Virus record (IMG/VR): IMGVR_UViG_3300022862_000013
Coordinates: 1 to 37,729 of that record
Reading direction: 5' to 3' (one strand)
Source: a virus
Taxonomy: Duplodnaviria; Caudoviricetes
DNA: 37,729 nt
Shown here: piece after piece, positions 17,073-27,046 of the stretch
How positions within the stretch are numbered: position 1 is the stretch's first letter
Layout: every line of letters begins with the position of its first letter
The notes under the pieces: model-generated
The model's database searches: none
What the model saw: only the letters and a program-made list of their open reading frames with translations
What the model was told of the DNA's origin: nothing
Made by a program: the position numbers and the translations under genes

Positions 17073-17416
17073 TGCCATACTCCCTTGCTGCCTTCCCAGC
17101 GAATGTCGATGGTGCCGTCTTCGCCCTTGGCCGCCGGCTCTTCCACCACGTACGCGCCGGACAGTACGTAGACGCGGCCATTGGCGAACTCGGTGGTTAC
17201 GGTCGCGTCAGTGGCCGCCATCAGCTGCGCGATTGGCAGGTCAGGGTCATCGACCACCGTGGCCGTGGTATAGGGCACCAAGTCTTCTTCTTTGAAGTAC
17301 CCCGGCGCGACCGACTCGCGCTTTCTGTCACTGAGCGGGGCTTCAACCCCGCCCGTTACGGTGAACTGGGCACCGTCTGCTTTGACGTAGCAGGTTCCCG
17401 CGACTTTCTTGCCCAT
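17069..17416 (-). CDS. Tail tube protein (Mu gpM-like)
   Basis: VAGTCYVKADG and EFANGRVYVL motifs. Confidence 0.9.
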   Translation of the reverse strand: MGKKVAGTCYVKADGAQFTVTGGVEAPLSDRKRESVAPGYFKEEDLVPYTTATVVDDPDLPIAQLMAATDATVTTEFANGRVYVLSGAYVVEEPAAKGEDGTIDIRWEGSKGVWQ

Positions 17417-17429
17417 GGGCAACTCCTAC

Positions 17430-17455
17430 AAAAAAGCCCGCACAGTGGCGGGCTT
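17430..17455 (-). terminator. Intrinsic terminator between sheath and tube
   Basis: AAGCCCGC/GCGGGCTT stem plus T run. Confidence 0.7.
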
Positions 17456-17471
17456 CGGTGGATGGTTTTAC

Positions 17472-18956
17472 TTACACCTGATACTGCAGGCGGAACTGGT
17501 ACTGCAGCGCGAACACCCGCAACTGGTTCACCAGGTCCGGCGGATAGAGCACGTTGACGCGGGTCGGATCGGTCAGCGAGCGCTCCACCACCAGGTTCTG
17601 GGCGAAGGCCTCGGCGTTCTCCACGATGCCCATTTGCTCAAGGATGTAATACCCGGCGATCAGCTCGGCACGGATCACCGCCGGGGTGACGATGGCCTGG
17701 CCAGCACCGAAGCGGGTACCGTCGTTGGCCAGCTTGTGGCGGCCATACTTGCTGGTAATGCGCCCCTTGAGGAAGCGGATGATGTAGGCCGACTGGTGCA
17801 GTGTTTCGCTGTCCAGATAGGAGTTGTCCGCCTGCCCGTAGTCGTTCTTCTGGTAGGTGGTCACCGCCCGCTCGATGCGCTGGGTGCCGCTGGAGCAGTA
17901 CGCCGTGGCAATGCCGTGGCTCAGCAGCGATTGGCGCTCCAGCAGCATGAAGCGCTCGCCCGCCGGCGCCGGGGTAATTTTGTTCATCTCGCCGGTTTGC
18001 GTCGGTCGCGCCGGGTCCGCCGAGATAAACACCGCCTGCCGCGCCGCGTAGGCCGCCGCCTGCCGCCATACCGGGTCCGGGCTGGGTTTCTCAAAGCCGT
18101 ACACGGTGACGTGCGCGTCGTTGCGAGTGTCGCCCAAGGCCACCAGCTCACCCAGCGTGCCGCGCGAAGCCGTGTAAACATGGCCATACAGCTGCCGCGA
18201 CCAGCTCCAGCGCCCGGTGCTGTCGTTCATCAAGGCTTTCCAGGCATCCAGCGAGGTGGCATCGGCCCACGGCCCACACAGGAACTCGAACGGCTCATCA
18301 CCCAGCACGGCAATGGCGGCCGCCACATCAGGCGTCCCCACGCCGCCGGCCATGGCCGTTACGGTAACGGTCAGCCCATCCGGGGTGAATTCACCGTTGA
18401 CCCGGCCTTGACGGTTCAACTGCAGCTGAATGTCGTTGCCACTCAAGCCAGCCCAGCGGCAGGACAGGGTAACTTCACCGGTCGCCGCTACCGCCGACAC
18501 CGACAGCCCGGCCGCGTTAACCGCCGCTGCCAGCGCTGTCGCGGCGGCCGCTGCCGTGGCGCCACTGCTGATGGTGGCCCGCACGCGCTGGCCGGCCACG
18601 TACAGGTTGATCTGGCCGCCGGCCGTGGCGGTACCCACAAAGGCCACCTTTCCGGTCGCCTTGGTGCCCGTGGCCTTGACCGGCAGGCACCACACCTCCC
18701 CGGCCGGGTCAATGGCACGCCAGGTGTCGTACATCTCGGCCAGCATCGAGCCGACGCCGCCGATGCTCTTGGCCAGGCTCAGGCTGGGAACCAGCGTCAG
18801 CTTGCCGATTTCCGGGGCCACGGAATCATCGTTGACCTGACCGACGATCAGCCGCGGCATCGCACTGGTCGCCGTGTTGGCCTGGCTGTTGTCGACCTCG
18901 GCATAGAACAGCGGCACCTTGAGGTCGCTGGGAACGCTACTGAAGCTCACAGACAT
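17472..18956 (-). CDS. Contractile tail sheath (Mu gpL-like)
   Basis: VPLFYAEVDNS, DPARPTQT and PPDLVNQLRVFA motifs. Confidence 0.95.
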   Translation of the reverse strand: MSVSFSSVPSDLKVPLFYAEVDNSQANTATSAMPRLIVGQVNDDSVAPEIGKLTLVPSLSLAKSIGGVGSMLAEMYDTWRAIDPAGEVWCLPVKATGTKATGKVAFVGTATAGGQINLYVAGQRVRATISSGATAAAAATALAAAVNAAGLSVSAVAATGEVTLSCRWAGLSGNDIQLQLNRQGRVNGEFTPDGLTVTVTAMAGGVGTPDVAAAIAVLGDEPFEFLCGPWADATSLDAWKALMNDSTGRWSWSRQLYGHVYTASRGTLGELVALGDTRNDAHVTVYGFEKPSPDPVWRQAAAYAARQAVFISADPARPTQTGEMNKITPAPAGERFMLLERQSLLSHGIATAYCSSGTQRIERAVTTYQKNDYGQADNSYLDSETLHQSAYIIRFLKGRITSKYGRHKLANDGTRFGAGQAIVTPAVIRAELIAGYYILEQMGIVENAEAFAQNLVVERSLTDPTRVNVLYPPDLVNQLRVFALQYQFRLQYQV

Positions 18957-19150
18957 TATTCAGCGCTCCCAGTGGTAGCGGCCTTGGCCTTCGCCTTGGC
19001 GGGTTTAACGTCGGTCACGTCGCCGTCGTTCAGACGGCGCTGCCAGTAGATATCGAGCGTCACGGCGCGCCCTTCGGCCGGCACCGTATCGCCCATGGCC
19101 GGGTCGGGCGTGACGCGCCCGTCTACCGGGTACACGGTGATTTGAGTCAT
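18956..19150 (-). CDS. DUF2635 / Mu gp38-like protein
   Basis: GRVTPDP...YWQRRLNDGDV. Confidence 0.85.
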   Translation of the reverse strand: MTQITVYPVDGRVTPDPAMGDTVPAEGRAVTLDIYWQRRLNDGDVTDVKPAKAKAKAATTGSAE

Positions 19151-19155
19151 AGGGT

Positions 19156-19746
19156 TCACTCTTGTGGTAGTTCGGTGGAGAAACGCACCTCGGGCCGGCC
19201 ATCAGGGCCGGGCGCGGTGTGGTTGGGGTCTTTCGGGTCCAGACTGTCGTAGGTGAAGTCAATACCGGACAACGCGGGCAGGCCGTCCAGCTTCACTTCC
19301 TGCCACGTTTCCGGCGGGTCGTTCTTGCCCGTTCGACCGATCTGGCTTTCGGCCTCGAAGCCGAAGCGATACGACACGCGCGACCGATCCAAGGCCATGA
19401 GACTGCCGCCGCCATAGCTGATCGGTTCATGGTCGGCCGACTCCAGGCCGACCAGTGCGCGGAATAGCTCGGCGCGCAGCACATGCACCAGGTCAACCGC
19501 TTGCTGGCCGCGCTCGTCTTGGGTCTGCATGACCACAATCACGTCGAAACCATCGGCAAGGCGCTGCACCGTGCGGTTTTGCGCCTGGCTCTCGCCCGCT
19601 TCGTCACCGGTGTAGATGACATAAGCCGCCGGGGTTTCCAGCTTGGCCGACGTCATCACCACGTCCATGTCGATACCGCCGGCCACCCGCTTACCAAACG
19701 ACGGGCAGAAGCGCTTTACGTGCTCAATCAAAGGGGTCAAGCGCAT
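19156..19746 (-). CDS. Tail terminator (Mu gp37-like)
   Basis: CPSFGKRVAG and LRAELFRALVG motifs; synteny. Confidence 0.8.
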   Translation of the reverse strand: MRLTPLIEHVKRFCPSFGKRVAGGIDMDVVMTSAKLETPAAYVIYTGDEAGESQAQNRTVQRLADGFDVIVVMQTQDERGQQAVDLVHVLRAELFRALVGLESADHEPISYGGGSLMALDRSRVSYRFGFEAESQIGRTGKNDPPETWQEVKLDGLPALSGIDFTYDSLDPKDPNHTAPGPDGRPEVRFSTELPQE

Positions 19747-19749
19747 GGA

Positions 19750-20262
19750 TCAGCCTCCCATTGCGCGGGTGAATGCGGCCTTGAGAATGCGTTGCACATC
19801 CTCGCGGGTATCTTCCAGGGCTTCGGCCATGTAGTTGGCCCGGGGCTTGATGCGCCATTGACCAGCCTGCCTGGCCGCGATCAACTCGGCGCGCTTGCCG
19901 CGCCGGCGGCGGTTCAAACCTGGCCCGAGCCCCCGCACGCGGGCGCCACGCTTGACGCCGTAGTGCAGGAACGCCGGGTAGAATTCCTTCATGCCGCTGG
20001 TCTTCTGCGGCGCCACGCGCACCAGGAACCCCGAGCGAGACACCTTCACCTGGATGGAGTCCACCGTGGTACCGGTCCGGTTCACCGGGTAGTTGTCCCG
20101 CCCCTTGGCCAAGGCCAAAGCCAACTGGGCGCGCTGGGCGACCAGCCGGCCCGCCTTGCGCATGCCGGCCCGGACCTTGCGCTTGTCAAAGAAGTCCTTG
20201 GGCAGGTCATCAAACCCATCAACGTGCAGGTAGGGCTGCACGGTCAAGCTAGACGTAGCCAT
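19750..20262 (-). CDS. Neck/tail completion protein (HK97 gp10-like)
   Basis: FYPAFLHYGV and IKPRANYM motifs. Confidence 0.8.
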   Translation of the reverse strand: MATSSLTVQPYLHVDGFDDLPKDFFDKRKVRAGMRKAGRLVAQRAQLALALAKGRDNYPVNRTGTTVDSIQVKVSRSGFLVRVAPQKTSGMKEFYPAFLHYGVKRGARVRGLGPGLNRRRRGKRAELIAARQAGQWRIKPRANYMAEALEDTREDVQRILKAAFTRAMGG

Positions 20263-20653
20263 AAGCACCTCCATCTGGCTCAGGTGGGAACACGCCGCCG
20301 CCCGCCTCTGTCGCCTCGCCCAGCTCTTCGACCTCCAGCACCGAAAAGCGCCGGTTGTCCAAGTCACCCACCCGGCGCACGCGGTAGATGATGTCGACGC
20401 CCTCAAACGTCTCGACCACTTCGTGCGCGTCGGTGATGCCCCGGCGAAAGCGCAGGGTTATCCGGTGCGTGACGGTCACGCCGGCCTGCACCGAGCCGCT
20501 GTAAATGGCGCTGCCGACTTGCTGGACCTTGGCCCAGCACTTCGGCGCGTAGTCATACGCCGACTCGATGCCCGGCCCGTCCGTCTTGGCCGTGTCCGAG
20601 CGCACGCGCAAACGCACCTGGCGATTCAGCTCGCCAATGCTGGGTGGGTTCAT
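20249..20653 (-). CDS. Head closure protein
   Basis: IGELNRQV, WAKV and THRITLRFR motifs. Confidence 0.85.
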   Translation of the reverse strand: MNPPSIGELNRQVRLRVRSDTAKTDGPGIESAYDYAPKCWAKVQQVGSAIYSGSVQAGVTVTHRITLRFRRGITDAHEVVETFEGVDIIYRVRRVGDLDNRRFSVLEVEELGEATEAGGGVFPPEPDGGAYGYV

Positions 20654-21009
20654 AGGGTGTACCAGCGGTAAGGGCCGATCAGCGCATCCACTGCCATCGG
20701 CCGCTTGGATTGAAGGGTGTCGCTCGCCGCCTCGCGGGACTGGTACCAGTGCGCAATCAGCAGCAACTGGGCCAGCACCAGGTCACCGTCGAGCGCGGCA
20801 GCGTTTTCGGGAGAGCCCTCGGGCAGCAGCGCTTTTAGCTCGGCTGCCGTCTTGCCCTCCCAATCGCCCACATCCACCAGCTCACGGCCGGTGTGGGTTT
20901 CGACCAGACGCCACGCGGCGCGGCTGTAGGCCTTGAGTAAGACCGCCTGCGCCGCGTGCTCGTCGTCGTCCAAGCGCAGATGCTCCTGGATCAGTTGTGC
21001 ATCGAGCAT
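20650..21009 (-). CDS. Head-tail connector (HK97 gp6-like)
   Basis: EHLRLD and LLLIAHWYQSRE motifs; true start MLDAQ. Confidence 0.9.
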   Translation of the reverse strand: MLDAQLIQEHLRLDDDEHAAQAVLLKAYSRAAWRLVETHTGRELVDVGDWEGKTAAELKALLPEGSPENAAALDGDLVLAQLLLIAHWYQSREAASDTLQSKRPMAVDALIGPYRWYTL

Positions 21010-21026
21010 GCGGCCGCCCTCTGTGG

Positions 21027-22253
21027 TTAGGCCGGCTTGCCCTGCAGCGCCTTGATGGCCGCCAGGTCCTGCAGCACACAGCCGAAGCGAGTGAAGGCCA
21101 GGAAGCCGGTCTGGTCGAACTCGGCGTACTTTTCCACCAGACGCTTGAGCGCCATGTAGCGCACCTGACGAACCACAAACTGGTCGAAGTCGCCGGCATA
21201 CATGAACTTCTTGCCGGCGCCGATGCTGGAAATCGCCTGATCGATGACGTAACGGTTTTTCAGGATGGTGGCCGGGCGGTCGGCGTCGATGCCCGGCAGC
21301 CACAGCGGACGGTTCTGCGCATCCACCATTTCTTCGATCAGCTGCAGGGTGTTGTCGTTGAAGGCCAGACGGAACTGCGGCGCAGAGCGGTAGGCCGGAT
21401 CGATGCTGTGAATCAGGCCGTTGATTTCCTGCCAGGTGACGGCAGCGGCGTTGGCGGTGACCTTGCCGACCACGGTGGACACTTCCAGGCCAGCCGGCTG
21501 CACCGGATTGCCGGCGCCGGTGCCCTTGACCAGATAGAACGCCTTGCCGCGCTCCAGGCGCGAGGCGATGCGACGAGCCAAGAACGCTTCGATATCGACG
21601 CCCGAATCCTGCAACAGCTCGTTGGAGACGCGGATGATCTTCGACGACAGCTTGTGCGCGCCGAGGGTGCCGGTACCGAACTCAACGTCGCCTTCGCCGG
21701 TTTCCTGATTTTCACCCAGCAGCTCGCCGATTTCCTCGGTGCCGTCGCTGGTCGCCCAGTCGATGGCCTGGCCATTGTCGGTGGTCAGCAGGTGCGCCAC
21801 CGAGGCAATACCGCCGTAGGCCTTCTGCGCCTCGATAATTCGCGCAAGGAAGCTGGTCGGAACGGTGTAACCACCCTTGTCACCCTGACCCGCACCATTG
21901 GCCCGCGACTCTTCGTTCATGGCGCGCAGCACCTGACGTTCTTCCGCGCTCAGTTCACCCAGGCCGTGGCGCATGAAGTGATCGAACGCCGCCGAACGCT
22001 GCTCATCCTGCGAACGCTGCTCAGGGTTGCCCTGGTTGATCTTGTCCTTGTTCTTATCGACAAAATCCTGATCCAGCGAGCGCAGCTCTTCTTCACGCTT
22101 GATCTGGTCACGAACCTGGTCGTACTCGGTTTTCATCTCGTTCCACTTGGAACGCTGTTCACCGGTCATCGCGCCTTCGCCTACCGTGTCGTGCAGGCTG
22201 CGCATTTCGCTGCCAAGGGTGGCCAGCTTCTGTTGCAATTCTTTGAGGGTCAT
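21027..22253 (-). CDS. Major capsid protein, HK97 family with delta domain
   Basis: GGYTVP and RVSNELLQDS motifs; coiled-coil N-terminus. Confidence 0.95.
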   Translation of the reverse strand: MTLKELQQKLATLGSEMRSLHDTVGEGAMTGEQRSKWNEMKTEYDQVRDQIKREEELRSLDQDFVDKNKDKINQGNPEQRSQDEQRSAAFDHFMRHGLGELSAEERQVLRAMNEESRANGAGQGDKGGYTVPTSFLARIIEAQKAYGGIASVAHLLTTDNGQAIDWATSDGTEEIGELLGENQETGEGDVEFGTGTLGAHKLSSKIIRVSNELLQDSGVDIEAFLARRIASRLERGKAFYLVKGTGAGNPVQPAGLEVSTVVGKVTANAAAVTWQEINGLIHSIDPAYRSAPQFRLAFNDNTLQLIEEMVDAQNRPLWLPGIDADRPATILKNRYVIDQAISSIGAGKKFMYAGDFDQFVVRQVRYMALKRLVEKYAEFDQTGFLAFTRFGCVLQDLAAIKALQGKPA

Positions 22254-22267
22254 ACAGGTCTCCGCAC

Positions 22268-22879
22268 TCAGGCGTTCATGTCGAGATAGCGTTGCCGAGC
22301 GGCACGCTCGTTTACGTGCCGCACCATGTCTTGGTCGGCTTGGCTTTGCTTCCAGCCATCCAGCGAGCGCTGGGCGGCCTTGGCGTCCGGGTATGCAGGG
22401 AAGGCCACCGGCCCCACGTCCAGCAGCTGGTCCACGCGCAAGATGGTGCGCACCACGGCGCCGTTGGCTTCCTCGCGCCACGTGTCCTTGCCCACGATCA
22501 TCTTGATACTGCTGCCGCTCAGGTCGCCGCGCTCCAGCGGGGTCAGCACCAGGTCGCGGATGGTCTGGGTGTTGGGCGGGTCGATTTCGTAACCCAGTCC
22601 GCGCCCGTCCACCCACAAGCGCAGGGTCTTGCTGCCGATGCGGCCCAGCAGGTAATTGGCGTCGTGGTTGAACAGCCCGCGCACATCCTGCGTCAGCACG
22701 CCATCGAAGGCGCCGGGGGCAAACTCCTCGTAGAACATGCCGGCGATCAGGTCGCTACGGGTGTCGAAGACCGCGCCATAGCCGACAATCTTGGGCGGGC
22801 CATTGGCGCCGTCGGCCAGTGGTTGCGCGCGCAGCTCGCAATGCTGCGCCGCGAGCATGCGCAGCTCTACATCACTCAT
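22268..22879 (-). CDS. Prohead protease, HK97 family
   Basis: GYGAVFD, LFNHD and DVGPVAFPAY motifs. Confidence 0.95.
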   Translation of the reverse strand: MSDVELRMLAAQHCELRAQPLADGANGPPKIVGYGAVFDTRSDLIAGMFYEEFAPGAFDGVLTQDVRGLFNHDANYLLGRIGSKTLRLWVDGRGLGYEIDPPNTQTIRDLVLTPLERGDLSGSSIKMIVGKDTWREEANGAVVRTILRVDQLLDVGPVAFPAYPDAKAAQRSLDGWKQSQADQDMVRHVNERAARQRYLDMNA

Positions 22880-24092
22880 TAGGGTTGTCCTTCGGTTGGG
22901 GAGCGTTCAGCTCCGAGGGCAGCCGGGCGTTGACGCTGATCAGCATTTCGCTCAGGCCTTCACGCGGATTGAGGTCTTCCATCACCCGAACTTCGTTTCG
23001 GTCCAGCCAGCCGTCGGTGATGCCGTAGTGGTAGAACTCGCCGCGCTCCTTGGGGGTGCCGCGCAGCAGGCCGGCGAGGTTGAAGCGCACGTAGTAGCCG
23101 GCGGCGCGCTCGGCACGGGTGAAAATCTTGCGGTTCAGCTCCTCTTCCCAGTCGCGAATCACCGGCATCATGGTGTGCCGCACGAACTGAATGGCCTGCT
23201 CGCTGATGTTGGAGAAAGTCGCTTTCTCCAGGTCGTTGATCATGTGCGCCGGCACGTTGAAAATGCCGGCGATTTCCGAACGGGTCAGCTTGCGGGTGTC
23301 GAGAAACTGGGCGTCTTCCGGGGCAATGGTCAGCGCCTTGTAGTCCAGGTCAGCCGGCAGCAGCAGGGTCTTGTTCTCCGACTCGCGCAGCCGGTTGGTG
23401 GCCTGCTTCCAAGCCGCCTTCAACCGCTCCCATGACGTATCGGTCAGCGGCGTACCCTTGCTAGTGACCAACCCGGTCGGCCGGCCGCCGCCCTCGAAGA
23501 ACTCGCGGCCGTAACGCACCGCAGCCATACCGAGGCCAATGGTTTCAGCGTGCTGCCGGATCGGGCTGATGCCGACCCGGCGTTTCGAGCCGAAGGCACG
23601 GATATGCACCATGTCTTCGGGCGCCACGGCCAGCGGCCGGTCGTCGGCATCCAGCGTGGCGTAGACCCAGCGGGTGCCGTTCTGCACCAGACTGGTTTCC
23701 TGCGGCAGGTGCATTTCAATGCGCTGCAGCTCGCCACGCCGCGAGCGCACCAGACTGCTGTAGCCGTTGCCCCAGCCCATCACGTGGCCTTGCTTGGTTT
23801 CCCGCCACTTGTAGGAGGTGTGCCACGGGTTCGGCTCGACGCTCAGCAGGTCATGCGCCGGGTGATCGGTGCCCGGCTCGATGCGGTCTTGGGTTTTTCG
23901 CAGCACCATCAGCGGCAGCTGGGCCACCGAGCTGGCCACCACGTAGATACAGGAGTACACCGCCGCCAGTTTCAGCGCCGTCTCCGGGTTGATCATCACG
24001 CCCTGCCGGGCACTGATCCATTCGGCAAACTCGGCGCTTGATCGCTGGACAATCGGCGCGGCGGCGCGCGACTCGAAGGCATCGAAGATCAT
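22872..24092 (-). CDS. Portal protein, HK97 family
   Basis: AVYSCI, WGNGY and FSNISEQ motifs. Confidence 0.95.
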   Translation of the reverse strand: MIFDAFESRAAAPIVQRSSAEFAEWISARQGVMINPETALKLAAVYSCIYVVASSVAQLPLMVLRKTQDRIEPGTDHPAHDLLSVEPNPWHTSYKWRETKQGHVMGWGNGYSSLVRSRRGELQRIEMHLPQETSLVQNGTRWVYATLDADDRPLAVAPEDMVHIRAFGSKRRVGISPIRQHAETIGLGMAAVRYGREFFEGGGRPTGLVTSKGTPLTDTSWERLKAAWKQATNRLRESENKTLLLPADLDYKALTIAPEDAQFLDTRKLTRSEIAGIFNVPAHMINDLEKATFSNISEQAIQFVRHTMMPVIRDWEEELNRKIFTRAERAAGYYVRFNLAGLLRGTPKERGEFYHYGITDGWLDRNEVRVMEDLNPREGLSEMLISVNARLPSELNAPQPKDNPNE

Positions 24093-24265
24093 CCGCCACC
24101 TCCAGTGTCACGGCGGGCCAGACGGCGCGCCGAAAGGAACGCGCCCACCATTAGCAGCGGGCCGCCGACCATGAGGGCGACGGCAACACCGAATCGCAGG
24201 TGCAGGCCGATCAGCAGCAGGCAAAAGCCGGCCACCCCCAGCACATCAGGGATATGTCGTTTCAT
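24089..24265 (-). CDS. Small two-TM membrane protein (58 aa) between terminase and portal
   Basis: MKRHIPDVLGVAGFCLLLIG...; ATGA overlap with portal; below the ORF-track cutoff. Confidence 0.8.
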   Translation of the reverse strand: MKRHIPDVLGVAGFCLLLIGLHLRFGVAVALMVGGPLLMVGAFLSARRLARRDTGGGG

Positions 24266-24269
24266 GGGC

Positions 24270-25976
24270 TCACATGACCAGTAGGTCGTCAGGTTCGAGG
24301 GTGTCGAGCACCGAGGTGGGCAGGCCGTCGGCCAAAATGGAGCGGTTCATGGCCATGAGGATGGCCACCATGCCGTCGATCTTGTTGCCCTTGGATTCCT
24401 TGGTGGGCATCAGGCAGCCTTTGAATTCATGGGCCACCACGTTGCCGGCCATCCAGGCCAGCACCGGGTCACCGTCATGGCGGATACGGCCGGACAACAA
24501 CGCCGCTTCAAACTCGCGCATGGCAATGTTCATGGTCTGAATGCCGCCGCCGACCTCGACCACCTGCGCACCGTCCTTCTGCAACTGGTGCGACAGCTGG
24601 GTGGCACGCCACTTGTCATAGGCGACTTCGACAATCTGATGCTGGCCGGCAATCTCGCGGATTTCCTCGCGGATCACGTCAAAGTCAAGCTCTTCACCCT
24701 CGGTGGTCAGCAGCCGACCTTCGTTGACCCAGCGCTCATAGGCATCCTGATTGACACCTTCGTCGCTCTCCACCGCCCCTTCGGGCAGGTAGTGGCGGAC
24801 AAAGAACGTCCAAATGTCCCGGCCGCGACTGTCTTTTTCCCGGTGCACCAGGGCGACACAGGCAATGTCGCACTTGCTGGCCAAGTCCATGCCGAGGTAA
24901 CAGCGCTTGCCGTAGTAGTCAGCCACGGTAAGGCCTTCGACCTTGGCACGGTCCCAGTGCAGCAGGTTGAGCCAGGCGTTTTTCGCATGCACCCACAGGT
25001 TGCAATGCTTGGTCTTGAACGCATTCTGCCGTGACGGGTAACGCGTGGCGTTGGCCAACTGCCGCTCCAGGTAGTCCGCATTCACGGAAACGCCGAAGTT
25101 GGGGTTGGCCTTCTTCAAGGCCGCCAGGTCGCGCCAGTCGTCCTTCTCGTCCAGCGTGTAGATGATGCCGAACAGCTCGTCGTTGGCCGGGCGCTGATCG
25201 AGCATGGCAATGACCTGCCGGCGCTTCTCGTAGCACGGCCCGGCAATGTTGTTGCCCGAGGTGGTGATGGTGAACATCAACGGCTGCTCACGGGCGCCCA
25301 TGCCGGTCAGCATGGTTTCGTACAGGGCATCGCTGTCGTGCTCGTGGTACTCATCCACCAGCGCGCAGTTGGGCGACGATCCGTCGCCGGGGTCGCCAAT
25401 GACCGGTTCCAGGCGGCTGCCGTCATCCGGGCAATACAGGCTGCGCGCGCGCACCTCAATGCCGGCGTCTTCGGCCAGCTCTTCGGTACGCTGCACCATC
25501 AACTGAGCCGGGCGGAACACTTCCCACGCCTGCTTCTCGGTGGTCGCACCGCAATACACTTCGGCGCCGAACTCACCGTCGGCGCACAGCATGTATAGGG
25601 CCACCCCGGCGGCAATGACCGACTTGCCGTTCTTGCGCGGAATCTCGCAATAGACTTCGGTGAAGCGCCGTAGGCCGGTCTTTTTACTGACCCAGCCGAA
25701 CACGCAACAGAAGATGAACTGCTGCCAGGGCTCCAGCTTGAGGCGCAGTTTCATGCGGCCCCACTTGCCCTTGGTATGCGGCAGCTCTTGCACGAACAGA
25801 CACACCCGCTCGGCTTGGGCCTTGTTGAACTTCCATTTGAAGCCCTTGGCCTTGCTCGCCTCCAGGTCGTCCAGGTGCCGCTGGCAGGCTTGGCGCACGT
25901 ACTTGCACGCCTCGATCTTGCCGGCCACCACGTCACGGGCGTACTTGTTCGCGCCATTGACATTGACGTTGGCCAT
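24270..25976 (-). CDS. terL: Terminase large subunit (cos type)
   Basis: PRKNGKS Walker A, LVDEYH Walker B, GMDLA and KIDG nuclease motifs. Confidence 0.97.
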   Translation of the reverse strand: MANVNVNGANKYARDVVAGKIEACKYVRQACQRHLDDLEASKAKGFKWKFNKAQAERVCLFVQELPHTKGKWGRMKLRLKLEPWQQFIFCCVFGWVSKKTGLRRFTEVYCEIPRKNGKSVIAAGVALYMLCADGEFGAEVYCGATTEKQAWEVFRPAQLMVQRTEELAEDAGIEVRARSLYCPDDGSRLEPVIGDPGDGSSPNCALVDEYHEHDSDALYETMLTGMGAREQPLMFTITTSGNNIAGPCYEKRRQVIAMLDQRPANDELFGIIYTLDEKDDWRDLAALKKANPNFGVSVNADYLERQLANATRYPSRQNAFKTKHCNLWVHAKNAWLNLLHWDRAKVEGLTVADYYGKRCYLGMDLASKCDIACVALVHREKDSRGRDIWTFFVRHYLPEGAVESDEGVNQDAYERWVNEGRLLTTEGEELDFDVIREEIREIAGQHQIVEVAYDKWRATQLSHQLQKDGAQVVEVGGGIQTMNIAMREFEAALLSGRIRHDGDPVLAWMAGNVVAHEFKGCLMPTKESKGNKIDGMVAILMAMNRSILADGLPTSVLDTLEPDDLLVM

Positions 25977-25982
25977 GGCGGG

Positions 25983-26468
25983 TTACCGATCCTTAGGAGC
26001 CAGCAACCCGGCGAAGCGGCCCTTAGCCTTGTTCTTCGGCACGGTCAGGCGCGCCCGGCTGGCCGGGTCAAGGCCAAGCGAACTGCCGTAGCTGGTCATT
26101 TGCCGCATGGCCTCATTGGCCACGGTACAGGCGGGGTTCTTGCTGCGACCCATCGGCGTCTTAATCGTGATGCCGTTACGCGTAACGTCTTCTTCGGCTT
26201 CACGCCACCGACCATAGGCCGAACAGAAACCCTCCAGCACGTGCAGGTCGGTGCGCGTCAGAACCTTGGACTCGACCAGCTCGGGTGCGAGCTTGGTCCA
26301 CATCTGCTGCGCGTATTCGCCCATCCACTCGGGCGGCGGTGGTGCGATCACCAGGGCGGTGTAGTCCGGCTCGGCATCGTTGAGCTTGCGTTTGCCGGGG
26401 TTGCCGGCGGCGCGCTTCTGCGCGGTCGGCTTAGGTTTTCGGCCTCCGCCGGGGGCGCGCGTCGCCAT
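25983..26468 (-). CDS. terS: Terminase small subunit, P27 family
   Basis: GRKPKPT, GNPGKRKLN and LGLDPASRARL motifs. Confidence 0.95.
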   Translation of the reverse strand: MATRAPGGGRKPKPTAQKRAAGNPGKRKLNDAEPDYTALVIAPPPPEWMGEYAQQMWTKLAPELVESKVLTRTDLHVLEGFCSAYGRWREAEEDVTRNGITIKTPMGRSKNPACTVANEAMRQMTSYGSSLGLDPASRARLTVPKNKAKGRFAGLLAPKDR

Positions 26469-26474
26469 GCTTTC

Positions 26475-26522
26475 ACCAACAAATCAACATTTCTACAAAT
26501 CAACATAACGACAAATCAACAC
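26475..26522 (+). repeat. Six direct 8-bp ATCWACAW-like units (array 3)
   Basis: ACCAACAA ATCAACAT TTCTACAA ATCAACAT AACGACAA ATCAACAC. Confidence 0.85.
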
Positions 26523-26539
26523 CTAAAAAGTCGTTACCC

Positions 26540-26635
26540 CAAATTTTTTATTTCGCGGCCGCGTGGAAAGCACTGGGCGTTCGGTGCCGTAAGTCAAAAG
26601 CTGCAGAGATTTACCCACCCCCGGGGGGATGGGCA
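26540..26635 (-). other. Putative cos (packaging initiation) region
   Basis: Lies between HNH and terS; GGGGGTGGGTAAATCTCTGCAG...CCGCGAAATAAAAAATTT layout typical of HK97-type cos regions. Confidence 0.65.
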
Positions 26636-26656
26636 CCAAATCGGTGCATTTTCTGA

Positions 26657-27046
26657 TCAGGTTCGCCGGGGTTCGCCAATGCTGGCCCTGAGCCCGGCCA
26701 CCCGCTCGGCGTGCGTTTTTCGGGCGTGGCAGTCGACGTTGATGGCCTGCAGATTGCTCATTTCGTCGGTGCCGCCCTGCGCTTTTGAGATGATGTGGTC
26801 CACTTCTGTGGCCGGCAGGCGCCTTCCTTTGCAATCCGGGCACTGACACAGGAAACGGTCACGGCGCAGCACTGCCGCCCGTATCTTTCGCCACTCAGCA
26901 CCGTACCCACGCTGCTCCGCCGTACCTCTCCCGGGCTTGTTCCAGCCGCTGGCTAGGTGCTTGTGATCGGCGCAGTAGCCGTGCGACTCCTGAGTGGTGC
27001 GCGGGCACATAGGCGAACGGCACCCCCGCTTAGCGCGGGGCGGCAT
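26657..27046 (-). CDS. Packaging HNH endonuclease (HK97 gp74-like)
   Basis: RGYGAEWRK and EVDHII...NLQAINVDCHARKT motifs. Confidence 0.92.
   Translation of the reverse strand: MPPRAKRGCRSPMCPRTTQESHGYCADHKHLASGWNKPGRGTAEQRGYGAEWRKIRAAVLRRDRFLCQCPDCKGRRLPATEVDHIISKAQGGTDEMSNLQAINVDCHARKTHAERVAGLRASIGEPRRT

Noticed and set aside
21027-22616. 529-aa capsid ORF and other N-terminally extended track ORFs (20650-21303, 31703-33016)
   Set aside because: Extensions overlap real upstream genes; downstream starts fit the protein families better.
26475-26522. Octamer arrays as CRISPR repeats or replication iterons
   Set aside because: No spacers or cas genes; units are contiguous 8-mers tied to the par promoter rather than clustered at the origin.
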